Positions 25,692 through 37,058 of a stretch of DNA of 64,000 bases are shown one piece after another. The stretch is from Yuukianura sp. NJ FZ-2021 (taxonomy: Eukaryota). The notes beneath the pieces were generated by a model. That model was not told the DNA's origin. It saw only the letters and a list, made by a program, of their open reading frames with translations, and made no database searches. Made by a program: the position numbers and the translations under genes. Location: the NCBI GenBank assembly GCA_046563655.1, contig CM102284.1, positions 5,394,001-5,458,000 of the forward strand, in the 5' to 3' direction. How positions within the stretch are numbered: the first letter of the stretch is position 1; every line of letters begins with the position of its first letter.

Positions 25692-26034
25692 TTAGAGCGA
25701 CATTATCCGTCGACGTGTCAAGCAGCAAGGAAGGCAGGCAGTACATGCTGGGCAGTCGTCACAGCCCCCAGAAAAGTACTGGCTCAGAAGTGACTGAAAT
25801 ACTGGCTGTGCCAATTCCGACGCAGATTTAGAACCAATGTGGGACATCATGTCGTTGTGACTAATAGCTTCATTTTCTAAGCAATTCAAAAAAAAGGTTC
25901 AAAATTTCAGTGTAGACAAAACGAAACAGGTTACAAATAAAAACAAACTCTAAAATTTAGTACACACCTTTTGTAAATGCGGTAACACAAATAGCAAGAA
26001 GTCCAAAAATGGCAACAAACATCACAAGCTTCAT
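25692..26034 (-). CDS. Small secreted cysteine-rich prepropeptide of unknown family (83 aa)
   Basis: Exons 26034-25968 and 25876-25692 join through a phase-1 GT-AG intron to give MKLVMFVAIFGLLAICVTAFTKENEAISHNDMMSHIGSKSASELAQPVFQSLLSQYFSGGCDDCPACTACLPCCLTRRRIMSL*. Typical signal peptide. Confidence 0.75.
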
Positions 26035-26918
26035 TTTGCAAGATTGGTTAAGTTTAGCAACTCTGATTTGCTTTGAATTTTTTGATTTTTAGAATTATTG
26101 ATATTTGTGATGCTTTAATCAGATTGAAATTGAATTAGAATCTTCGATTTACGTTAGTTTTTTTTTTTAGATAACCTTTGATTATTTGCCACTCGTGTGG
26201 TAAACCGAAGTGTTATTTTGGGATTTTAAAGTTTTATGCTACACGTAACTGCTAATTTAACTGCGATTTTTTTTATCTTCAGCAGGAGGATCATTTGCGT
26301 GTGTCCACTTAATATTGCCCAAAAACATCACACCACAGTTAACATCATCATCACCTCAAGTACTACCTCTACCACCGAATTTAATCTCGTGTTTGTTCCT
26401 CGTAATTTCCAAATTCCTGGATTTATACAAATTGAGCAATTGCGTTGAAGTTGACAGTTAACCGTCTACTGACGCTGTAATTTGGACAAGATCAATTCCG
26501 TGTTCTTGTCTTCATCTTCTATTCTTCGAAGGTAATTAGCCATGGGTTGGAACGAATGTGTCTGGCTTTACGTGAAAAAACAAATGCTAAAAATAGATGT
26601 CTTATTGTTAGGTCCATCTCAAAGACGCTCCATTGTCATCTTTTCATCTGCACTTACAAACACCTTGGAAGATCAAAGATGAGAAGGTCCTAGGGGCTTT
26701 TACTTCAACAAAATGCAAAACCTAATGACGAAACAAGGTCACCACCAACAACTCGGGAAATAACGAGGTGGGCGAGGAAGGTCACTGAAATCCAAACAAA
26801 GGTTTCTTACAAGGAACCAAATCTGATGCTAGTCCAGTCTTAACTTAACAATCGCAGAGATTCGTCTGTGAAGATTTCTGCGATATAAAAGTAGCGGAAG
26901 ATAGATTCCGATCAAGTT

Positions 26919-28664
26919 ATGGGAAGCGCAAGCGCTGAAATGGATACAAAATGTGACAAAGGATCGAAAATGTGGAGAACAGCGCTGGAAGTGCTGGAAC
27001 CAGAGACGGGGCAACTGGAAGGACAAATTCCGTCATGGCTAACCGGAAGTTATTACAGAGTTGGCCCGGGGAAATTTGATTTTGAAAATGATTGGGCCGT
27101 GACACATTGGTTTGACGGCTATGCTCTTCTGGCACGATTTGACATTGACGCTGAAATGCAAAGCGTCACTTTTCAGTCCAAGTATTTAAAAAGTGACGCT
27201 TATCGCAGAGCGCTGAAACTGCAGCGTCCAGCCATTCCAGAATTTGCAACTCCAGCAACACCCTCGCCTAATGCTAAGAAGGGATTTTTTTCAAGATTAA
27301 TTCCACAGATTGTGAGAATTTCCTCTTTTCAAAATTGTGAATTTGAAGTCGATTTTCAAAATTCATTTCAAAATTTATCTTTTTTGTTGCAGGTACCAGA
27401 AACTACTGACAATACAAATCACGCTTTTTGCAGTTTTGAGCGAAACGCTTGCTCAGGCTCTCGTTTGTTCACAATCAATGGAGCTGGAATGATGAACGGA
27501 GTTGACCCCGTGACCTTGGAGTGTCTGGAACAAATTGACCCCACCAGTCACTTCGGAGTCAATATGTGCTCAGCTCATCCTCTTGTAGATTCCGATACTG
27601 GAGAAATTTATAACATCGGATTTTCATTGGTTATGACAGGACTCAAGTACAATGTTCTCAGAATTCCTTCTATAGAAAGTTCGTCTGGAGAGGTCAAAGG
27701 TCAACTTCAAAAATCCAAAATCATTACCTCAATTCCAACACAATGGACCACATCACTTTCATTTCTACATTCGTTTGGAATGACCAAACACTTTATCATT
27801 TTCATTGAACAGCCCTTTGTAATCAACCTATCCAAGATGCTCAATTCTTCGGCTCGGGGAAAACCGGAAGCGTTTAGGGATTGGCTAGAATGGAAATCTG
27901 ACGGAACCAATCGCTTCTACGTTATTGAAAAATCAACAGGACGCTTGATAAACAAGTCCATTTCGATTGTGTCCAGTGAATTGTTCTTTTTCCTACACTT
28001 TATCAATTGTTTTGAAGATTCAAGTCAAAATGAACTTGTTTTGGATTTGAGTACTTACGAAAACGCTGATGTCATACTTGGAGCCAGCAACTTGTTGGCG
28101 CATGTCCGGAATCCAGCTCGTTTCAGCAGTAAACACGAACATGATGATGATGAATTGTTAGAACGAAGTCCAAAATCTAAGAGATTTGGAATCTCGTTAG
28201 CTTCCATTGGAATTGACATTCGGAGTGGAAAAGTAGAGAATTGTGAAAGTTCGAGGTCAAAGGTCACGCTTTCTCCTCAGCCGATTATAGCCAATGGTGG
28301 ACTGGAACTGGCAACAATCAATAGAAAATTTGCTGGAAAAGCGTACCAGTACTTTTATGCTTCTGGATTGCTGAGTCAAGGAGTTCATGCCAATTCCTTG
28401 TGCAAAGTTAATGTTTTGACTAAAGAAGTGATTCGTATCCGAATTTCGGAGAACTATATTTTTGGTGAACCGATTTTCGCGTTTGCTAAAACTTCGGTGG
28501 AAGAAGATGATGGTGTCCTGATTGTACCAATGACGGATATTCGGAAAGATGCGTCCGATATTTTGTTCTTTTTTGACGCTCGAACCATGACAGAGATTGC
28601 GAAAGTATCGTTTACAAACTGGATCCCTCCAGCAATTCATGGAATTTACATTCCAAAACTGTAA
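26919..28664 (+). CDS. Carotenoid cleavage oxygenase (RPE65/BCO/NinaB family), ~554 aa after removing an in-frame 81-nt intron (27312-27392)
   Basis: Motifs G.IPSWL.GSYYRVGPG, HWFDG, TDN, EEDDGVL and the four Fe-binding His in SAHP, FLHSFG, FLHFINCFE and IHG.Y. The intron has a GTGAGA donor and a TTGTTGCAG acceptor. Confidence 0.93.
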   Translation: MGSASAEMDTKCDKGSKMWRTALEVLEPETGQLEGQIPSWLTGSYYRVGPGKFDFENDWAVTHWFDGYALLARFDIDAEMQSVTFQSKYLKSDAYRRALKLQRPAIPEFATPATPSPNAKKGFFSRLIPQIVRISSFQNCEFEVDFQNSFQNLSFLLQVPETTDNTNHAFCSFERNACSGSRLFTINGAGMMNGVDPVTLECLEQIDPTSHFGVNMCSAHPLVDSDTGEIYNIGFSLVMTGLKYNVLRIPSIESSSGEVKGQLQKSKIITSIPTQWTTSLSFLHSFGMTKHFIIFIEQPFVINLSKMLNSSARGKPEAFRDWLEWKSDGTNRFYVIEKSTGRLINKSISIVSSELFFFLHFINCFEDSSQNELVLDLSTYENADVILGASNLLAHVRNPARFSSKHEHDDDELLERSPKSKRFGISLASIGIDIRSGKVENCESSRSKVTLSPQPIIANGGLELATINRKFAGKAYQYFYASGLLSQGVHANSLCKVNVLTKEVIRIRISENYIFGEPIFAFAKTSVEEDDGVLIVPMTDIRKDASDILFFFDARTMTEIAKVSFTNWIPPAIHGIYIPKL

Positions 28665-29261
28665 TAATTAGTTACAAGTATAGCCCAAGAAAATGCTGCT
28701 AGTTTTTTAATATTAATATAATATTATATACATATTGCTCAGTTTTTTTGGAATTGTTGCCAACAATAAGAAAAAATATTTGTCTAAAAAATATAGGTTT
28801 TTCTACTTTTTTGTTTGCTACAGTTTCACCTCGCGTAAAAATTGTTTTAATTTTGTGCTGCCAGTTTTTTTTTGCAACACCAACGAAGAAATTAAAAAAT
28901 TTGTGCGTGGCGTCTACTTGTAGCAAAAATAGTTTCGGTTTCTGACAAATTTTTAAATAAAAAATACTGACTAATTTATACTCATTTTTTATTTTTATTT
29001 ATTTTACTAATTTTACTCATTTTTATTTGGAAAAAAAACCCACAAATCACTGCAAACCTCCTGCAATACCTAAAATTTTCTGTGCAATTCTGTTAATTTA
29101 CTGTTAAGAAAATGGTGTCAGCGGTGGCAGATTTAGGGACTTCCAATGTTCCAATTGATTTGCAACGTATGTTTTTCTTCTTGCCAAAATAAAGTTTATT
29201 GGGTAAAGTTGACGTTAAAGCTCAAATTTGAGAATACAGAGAGCAAAGAGAATGGAAAAAG

Positions 29262-29955
29262 GGTTAGATTGTCGTTGTTGGGGCCATGAAACTTTTTTCT
29301 AAGTTTTTTGGTCAAAATTTTCGAAAAATTTTTTTTTTCGTTTTTTCACGATTTATGATGTTTCAAACGTTTTTGGAACGTTTGGAGCAAAAAAATTTTT
29401 TTGACCCCAAGGGTCCCCCCTTCCCATTTTTTTCAGAATCTGGATACAAAAATTTTCAAAGTACAAAAACTGAAGTGGGCACTCCTGACAACCTCAAAAA
29501 TGACCCTTACGAAAGTTGTTCAGGATCATCAATAGAGTATTTTTTGTCCTATGGACTATCACCCTACGACCACTCCCTGAGGTCAGAGGTCAACAGGAAG
29601 AAAAATTGGGGAAAAGTTTGCGTTGACCTCTGACCTGAAGGAGTGGTCGTAGGGTCATAGTGCATAGGACAAAAAATACTCCCCTGATGATTCTGAACAA
29701 GTTTCATAGGGGTCATTTTTGAGGTTGTCAGGGGTGCCCACTTCAGTTTCTGGACTTGGAAAATTTTCGAGTCCCGATTCTCAAAAAAATGGAAAGGCGG
29801 GACCCTTGGGGTCAAAAATTTTGTTTTGCTCCAAACGTTCCAAAAACGTCTGAAACATCATAAAACGTGAAAAAAACGAAAAAAAATTTTTTCGAAAATT
29901 TTGACCAAAAAACTTAGAAAAAAAGTTTCATGGCCCCAACAACGACAATCTAACC
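29262..29955. mobile_element. Non-autonomous foldback/MITE DNA transposon, 694 bp, with ~330-bp terminal inverted arms and 8-bp TSD GGAAAAAG
   Basis: Left end GGTTAGATTGTCGTTGTTGGGGCCATGAAAC and right end GTTTCATGGCCCCAACAACGACAATCTAACC are exact inverted copies. The arms continue inward to a ~27-nt spacer near 29595-29621. GGAAAAAG flanks both sides (29254-29261 and 29956-29963). Confidence 0.95.
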
Positions 29956-30588
29956 GGAAAAAGTGAATTAGTTAATTAAATTGAAGAAACTTTGGAGTGA
30001 GTGGCATAAGCTTCGTTGTAAGTTGTTTTAATATAACATTACTTTTACACCATTCATCAGAGAATTAATTAATGCATGCCAGCAGGACAGTGAGTGCCGA
30101 TTACAAAATAAGAGAGTGTGATTTGTGTGTAATTGGTACAGACTGTTTGCGGGAATCGAACTCTAAACTTTACTCCGATTTTGGCCTTTTTCAATGCGGA
30201 GATTATACGAAGCAAAAAGGTTGTCCAAAGGTTCCTCTTCCTGCTATTGGCTGGGAAGTCAATGGCGGGGAAGTCAATGAATTTGTATGACAAAAGACTG
30301 AGAAATTGAAATGTTTATTTTTGGATCGGCTTTTAAGAATTTACACTCTAGTAAACTCCTAAAGTTTCTACTTTCTAGTAAACAACTCTGTCCAAAACTC
30401 CATCGAATTCGTCAACTCAATACTCGTCAGTCAAGGTCAGCAGGTCAAGGCTAAACTCCGGGGGATATTGATTCATATTGAAATAATCTGTACATTACAA
30501 ATCGGTAAGTTACAGGCATAAGCAAATAATCATCTGCTCACACAATTCACTCTGGAATACTTTGTTATTAGAAGAACAGAAAGGAACA

Positions 30589-31268
30589 ATGCCTAAAGTC
30601 AAGCGGCAGCCATCCAGCGAAGATGAGGAAGCTAGTAACTCAGGATCGGGTTCGGACGTAAGAAAATCGATTACTATAGTTGAGGTTTCATTTTTTTTCA
30701 TTAACAGTTCTTTCAAAACTTAATTTTTTGTTGCTCCTTCGTTCTGAAGGCACCATCACCTCCGCCAGCCAAGAAGGGCAAGACTGCAGAGAAAACGAAG
30801 GCTAAGCCAAAGAAAGACGATTCCAGTTCAGACTCTGGCCCAGATGATGTAAATATCGGTTCAATCAATACTCTATTGGATTCGTAGTTGCCTTTATAGT
30901 GAGAATCTCAATAATTTAGATGGAACCTGCACCAATGAAGGCGAAGTCTTCGTCGAAAAAGAGTGGCTCATCGTCTTCGTCATCTCGTGGAGCAGACAAC
31001 AATACCTGGACCCTGGAACGAAATCGTCTTGTAAAAATCAACGAATTTCGCGGAAGAGTCAGTGTGGACATCCGGGAACATTATGAAAAAGATGGACAGC
31101 TTCTTCCGGGCAAGAAAGGTATGAATGGTATCCAACAGAAAGTTAATTTTGCAACTAGGAACTTTGATACCTCATTTTGCGTCTGCAGGAATCAGTTTGA
31201 ACGCCAAGGAATGGGACAAATTGAAGCAGATTATTCCAGAAATTGATAAAGCTCTCAAAAACTACTGA
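30589..31268 (+). CDS. SUB1: RNA polymerase II transcriptional coactivator PC4
   Basis: Ser/Lys-rich N-terminus (SSSDSGPDD) and PC4 domain WTLERNRLVKINEFRGRVSVDIREHYEKDGQLLPGKKGISLNAKEWDKLK. Four exons. Confidence 0.95.
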
Positions 31269-31766
31269 ACCTCAGGTTACGACTGAAACATCTTCTTCTT
31301 CAGACTGTTGAAAAATGAAGAAGTTCATCACCGAATTTGAGTCGAAGAATACTAGATTTCTGGTAACCACTCGCAATGCGCGTTCATCGCGGTTACTCTA
31401 ACGATAAGTTCCTCTCATCCTTACAATTTTCTTTTCCACCGACAACTTGGTGTCCATCTAGCAATTAAGATTTGTATATCATAATTCAGTTCTTAAGCTA
31501 ATTTGTACTACCGGTTCAGAAATTCTTTCAATTAATTAAATCCGAATTCAGTGTGTTTACTTTCCAACTATTGGAAGATTTACTTTTTCCTTAAGACAAA
31601 AGAGTGCCTCAAGCTGTGTTTTGAATTATAGTCTCTGCCGGTAAATGCCAATTATTGTCAATGAAAACAATTTGCCTGACTCCCTGAGTTGGTATAAAAT
31701 CAAAAAGAAGGCATGTCTTGTGTGTTTATCAAGTAAAAATGGCTGTTTGTGTTTCTTTTTAGACGC

Positions 31767-32475
31767 TTAGGTTGTCAGCGTCTGAAGAGTGTCCATGATA
31801 TTCCCAGCGTGTTGTCTCAAATGGTCTTCTGCTTTTGCCTTGGATATTTCAAATTCACGGACCTGGATTAGGTTAGCTTGCATTAAAATGATGTTACATG
31901 AGCATCAAACCTAAAATTAAGGTCATTCTTTTACACTGGAGTAAATCTTGCTTACTAGTAATTCGACATCTTCCTTTCGAATTTTGACCTTGAGGAGTTC
32001 CTTTCTTTCTTCTTCTTTAGCTAACCATCCAGCCTCCTCTTCACCAATAAGGCCCATGACCTGGATGGAAATTAAATATAAGTAAAATTAGCCTGGAAAT
32101 TAAACGATTGTTGGGTTGGTTATAAGTGGTCATCTTGGTATTTACAGCAGATATGTCGGATGCTGAGATTTCAGTTTCCTGTGCAAAATCTGTGATACGT
32201 TCCAAATCTGCTGCTCCAGCATCGTGTTTCTTTTCTTTAATTTTACGAGCGTTCTTCTGGGACTCCTCTGCAATATCATCGTGCTCATGGTCTTCTGTAG
32301 GTTCCAGTCCTTCACGTTGAACATTATTGTGGATTGGCATAAGAACTGGAGGCTGCGCCGTAGGCTCTGCTTGATCATTCGGAACTTCGTGATTTGTATC
32401 CGGGTGATGGTTTTCTTCAGTGTTATTGACTTCTGCCTTCGCTGCTTGCTTTTTCTTTGCTTTCGGCTTCGGCAT
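31767..32475 (-). CDS. HYPK: Huntingtin-interacting protein K (NatA regulator)
   Basis: KHDAGAADLERITDFAQETEI, KVKIRKEDVELL and the UBA-like end REFEISKAKAEDHLRQHAGNIMDTLQTLTT*. Three coding exons. Confidence 0.93.
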
Positions 32476-33259
32476 CTCGTTCTCGATGTCTTTGGAAAAA
32501 CTTAAACGATAACAAACAAAGCCTATGATTAACACTACACATGGTTAGGTTAGTACAGACACAAAATACTTTTTTCAAACTACCGACTACTAACCAACCG
32601 GATGTTGAGCTGAATCTGATACAGATGTAATCTTAGATGAAGTAACGGGTCACACAGGGAGCAAGAAAGACGGTTAACTTGTAGTGAAGTTAAGTTGATT
32701 TAATTAACAACTCACAGAACAGGTCAAGGACGAAGACAGGGATTATTTTATGACACAAATGTAAATAACATCAGCTGGTCAGTAATCAACTTCTTCGCCA
32801 TTCAAAAAAATGGCGAATTTATCCCAAGAAAAATTAAACTGCAAAAGGTATACTACTTTCCGTTTCCACCAATTCCGTGTTCTAGTCACTCCTATCGTGA
32901 TTGTAAATCAGGCAATTCAAATAAAGGCGGGACCATCCTGACTGTATTGAACATTGAATGGACTTTTTCTTTCATAGGTATTATTCTGGACATGGATTTA
33001 ATTGTTGTGATTAATTGTTAATCAGTAATTAATCAGGTAACGAACAGATTGATTCAATGAAATCTGAACGAAAACATTGACGCGTGACAACCCATATCTT
33101 CTGGTGAGAGCGACACACCGGCTTCGTAAGGTAAAACAGTCTATTCTGTTATTCGCCGTAAACCAGTTTAATTTTGCATAATTTTTCAATTTAAATTTGA
33201 TCTACTAATAGGTACAGTCCGTGACCTTATTTACTTTCATTTCCTGACGAGAAAGCTCA

Positions 33260-34837
33260 ATGACTGAAGTGAATAGAAGCAATTTTGGAGAATTGATTCC
33301 AGAGATTATTGGCAAATTCAAGGATTGTGCGTTCATTGCAATTGACGCCGAGTATACTGGCCTGTATGGATGCAACACTGATGTCAAGACACACAATAGT
33401 CTCTTTGACTCCACCGAGCAACGATATCAAAAGCTGAAGGCTGGATTTGCCAATTTCCAAATATCGCAATTCGGATTAGCTATTTTTAAACGCTGCTGGG
33501 AACGGAACGAATACTATGTTGATGCTTACAACATATACTTGTACCCCGTTGCATTCGATGATTTCAACGAACGGAGCGTGGTGCAATGTCAAGTATCAAG
33601 TTTCAACTTTTTAGCTGCTAATAACTTTGATTTTAACAAATTTATCAAGGAGGGAGTGCCTTACCTTCGGAAAGATGACAGAAAGCACCTTCGTCAATAC
33701 TTGAAAGCAAATCCAATGTTCATGAGATGGATGGAGGTCAGAGGTGAGGATTTGTTTGCTGTTATAGGATTGACATTGAATTGAAAAATCGTACTGACCA
33801 AACTTCTCTTTATCTCTTTCCTTTCAGACAGAAACTACTTTCCAAAGTTCGTTGAAAAGCTGACTGATGACGATGCTGAAGAACTTGTGCAGCATCTCAC
33901 TGGCTTTACCAAAGTCATTCAAGCAATTTCTGAGCTTAATCGACCAATTGTTGGACACAACATGCTCATGGACTTAATTCTGTTGTACAAACAATTCTAC
34001 GAGGATCTTCCACCTACCTGCAAAGAATTCAAAGCCCGAATTCATCAACTTTTTCCACATATCTACGACAGCAAGCACATTTCTGCATCTCTACGTCTAG
34101 AACTCCAGCGTCAAGCTGTAAAGCGAACTGAAGACATGGAATATCTCTTTGACACTTCTCTGTTTGCCCTCTACGTGAACACTTCAAAAGTTAAAGACAT
34201 TTTCGTTCCGTTCATTACTCCGAACGGTGAAACATTCACAAGGTACAAAACTGAACTCGAAGCTGGATTAGACACGAACTTAGAAGCTGTCAAGGGGTCA
34301 CATTGTCACGAAGCCGGGCTGGATGCAGTCATTACCGGAGCTGTTTTTCTACGTTTAGCCCACATTTCACAACGAAGGGATGAACAGTTTCTGGAACGCA
34401 GAACTTTACCGCCAACTGTAGCAGAAGCACTCAGCTCAATCAACTTCTGGAAAAACTGTGTCAACGTTGTACGAGCCCAAGTTAGATACATTAATCTAGA
34501 CGGAGAGGATCCACCAATTGATAAACCAAATTGGATCCGAGTAGCAGGAAATCCGAAAACTGGGAAACGGCTGGACATGAATTGGATCCGAAATTACTTG
34601 CCGCAGTTTGGTGATATAGAAATTATTGAAAATGGAGATCACTCTGTACTTCTTGCTTGTTCAGCATGGAATGCTGCAAGAAACATTTGGAACAGTTTGG
34701 AAGACGAGGGATTTGTACTGTCAGGTGAAGAATTTCCTAGTGACAGGTCGTGGTTGCTCAAATTTACGGTAACAGCTACAGTATCTGTTGGCATTATTTG
34801 TGCCCTAGCTTCTATAAAATACGTTTTCAAAAAGTGA
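33260..34837 (+). CDS. PNLDC1: PARN-like CAF1-family nuclease PNLDC1 (piRNA 3' trimmer), ~497 aa
   Basis: Exons 33260-33743 and 33828-34837. DEDD motifs AIDAEYTG, GHNMLMDL and HEAGLDA. The C-terminal TM helix WLLKFTVTATVSVGIICALASIKY is characteristic of PNLDC1 rather than PARN. Confidence 0.88.
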
Positions 34838-35719
34838 CTGTGCTACACTAGATTTACGATTTAAAGCATCGAATATTGCGGAAAGTCAGGTTTTAGTAGA
34901 AAAAGGGTGAAAGAGTTTACTCGAAGGTCCATTTCTGACAGTACTAATCAATTAACTTATTGTTTAGAATAAAACTTTAGGAGCTAAAATATTCCAACCC
35001 GACTCAGAATTTTATCAGGCTAAAGATCATGTTTGACGTTTGAACTTGACTTGAAGTGAAGCCTTTTAGTTTGATGAAAATGGAACTTAAACTGCAAGTT
35101 GATCTTAAACATATAGTCTAAATTCTGTTACCAATACTCGTTTTCTACTGAGACTCCTTCTAATAAAAAATAAGCCCTTCTTCAATTAACTACCAAAATA
35201 TGTACCACTGCTCGAAAATATCTTTTGTCTCATTTTTGGTGGTTCTAAACGTTTAGAAACTAAATTATTATTATTGCCGTTTATCCGGTTTTATAGAAGA
35301 AAAATTAGAAAATGAAGCACGCAAGAGTTAAATATTAGTAATGTTAAGTATAGTATTAATGGTTGGTGTAAAAATTAAAACCTTGTTCTTTAGTTCTTTT
35401 AGGGAAACTTAGCTCTAACTGGAGAAGTCTGAAGGTTAAAAAGAGCAAATAAATACTAGGAACAGGAAAATAGGGTTCCACTTCTAAAATTACTCGGATA
35501 CTTTATGGCTAAAAGGTCAAATAAGATGGATTATGTAAAAGCGAAATTTTCTTAAGGTTTTTTACCCGGTTATGTTGTAGTGGTGCTGGTGCATGAAAGT
35601 GAAGCGTGAATATTTCTATTAGTAGTTTTAGTAGTAGCAGACAGAGGTAATGAGCATAACATTCCGGTTTGGCTTTCTATTTTCCTCCAGCAATGACGAC
35701 TGACGACTGGTTTTCAGAT

Positions 35720-37058
35720 TCAATCGCTAGCAGAGCGACTCTCCTGAAATGAAAACCAGAATTTTCAGGACGATGACATTTTTGGAACAATTGAAGTAAG
35801 TTTGAAGACGATTTACCTCAAAATATTCGTAGGCCATGTAAAGCCCGATCATCAGTACAAGAGTGGCAGTGGCCAAAAGTTTCACAGAGAACGTACCACC
35901 CACAGCCGGCTCAGCTTCTACACGTGGTTTCTTAGCTTTTGACCTGGGAACGGATTCTTCTCTGCGTGAAGCAGAAGGTGAAGGACCAGCGGGTGACGAG
36001 TAGTAAGACGAGTTCAGCATTGCTTCAAGCTTTCGTTTTTGTTCGGCCGTAAGTTTTTTCGCTTCTTCGTGGACCACTGGTGACTCAGGCTCGTGTTCCA
36101 GCTCTCCAGTTGTTTCCGGTATCTCTACCTCACTAAAAATTAACAGTAAGTGTAAACTTAATGTCTCAAAAGGAGAAATAAATCAGGAAGCGAGCTTACT
36201 CATCAGTAGACAGTTGTGATGTTTGTTCCACGACTGAATCGTTGTGCCCATTGAGGTATTCTTCATGCTCGTGTGCCCCAGCCACAAGTTCGTGAACACT
36301 GGTGTCACGTCCTGTAGACAATCTAACCAAGCGCTTCTTATACATTTGACGAGTACTGGCTAGAATATACGAAGAGATTGTCGATTGTAGTTCAAAAAAT
36401 AAGGGAACAACACCATATACCAAAGATACACTGACAGTATAATAAGCTTCACTGGAACAACTTACCGACAACGGGTCCAATATTCTCTCCTTGGCTTGTC
36501 AAAGCTGTATATATTTCTTCGTTTGACAGTTTATCGACTTCGGCAACCAGTTGAGGATCCAAAGGTATCTGTATGGAATAGAAGACAATGTTATTTTTAC
36601 GAAAGTAAAAGTTGTGTTGTGTTTTGTATGAAGAGGTTAAATGTACCCACCTCTCCTTCATCCGCTTGGCCTCCTCCACCTTGACCTAGGACACGGAATT
36701 ACATATCGTCAGATTCTCAGCATCCAATCCGAATTCTATGGAATGGAATGAACAAAGAAACACTTACCGTTACGCCTACCGACTGTTTCCAATTCATCAT
36801 CGGACGAGAAAGTGTCTCCATTGCTATTTCCAGCAGCAGATCTCTTTTGATTCTCTAACGTTGGTCTGACCACAAACTCTTGGTACAGTCGCTCGTATAC
36901 CTCCTTCAGAAACAATGGAATTGGTTAGTCAAACATACTGGAAGAAAAATCAGTGCGAAATCTAGCAGGCCAACCCGTACCTTACGCGCAGAACTTTCCG
37001 GAAGCGGAACCCCGTGAGCTGTAAGCTCCTGTTTCAGCTGAGCTATCGTCATCGACAT
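35720..37058 (-). CDS. LAP2/thymopoietin-like inner nuclear membrane protein (LEM-like + LEM + C-terminal TM)
   Basis: Exons 1-2 give MTIAQLKQELTAHGVPLPESSARKEVYERLY...FSSDDE (LAP2 LEM-like). LEM domain DKLSNEEIYTALTSQGENIGPVVASTRQMYKKRL. TM segment LLATATLVLMIGLYMAYEYF. Last exon 35743-35720. Confidence 0.85.

Noticed and set aside
29286-29815. ORFs inside the foldback element
   Set aside because: Mirror-image by-products of the inverted repeat; no transposase motifs.
30069-30293. Overlapping 72-74-aa ORFs on both strands upstream of SUB1
   Set aside because: No recognisable domain, signal peptide or splice structure.
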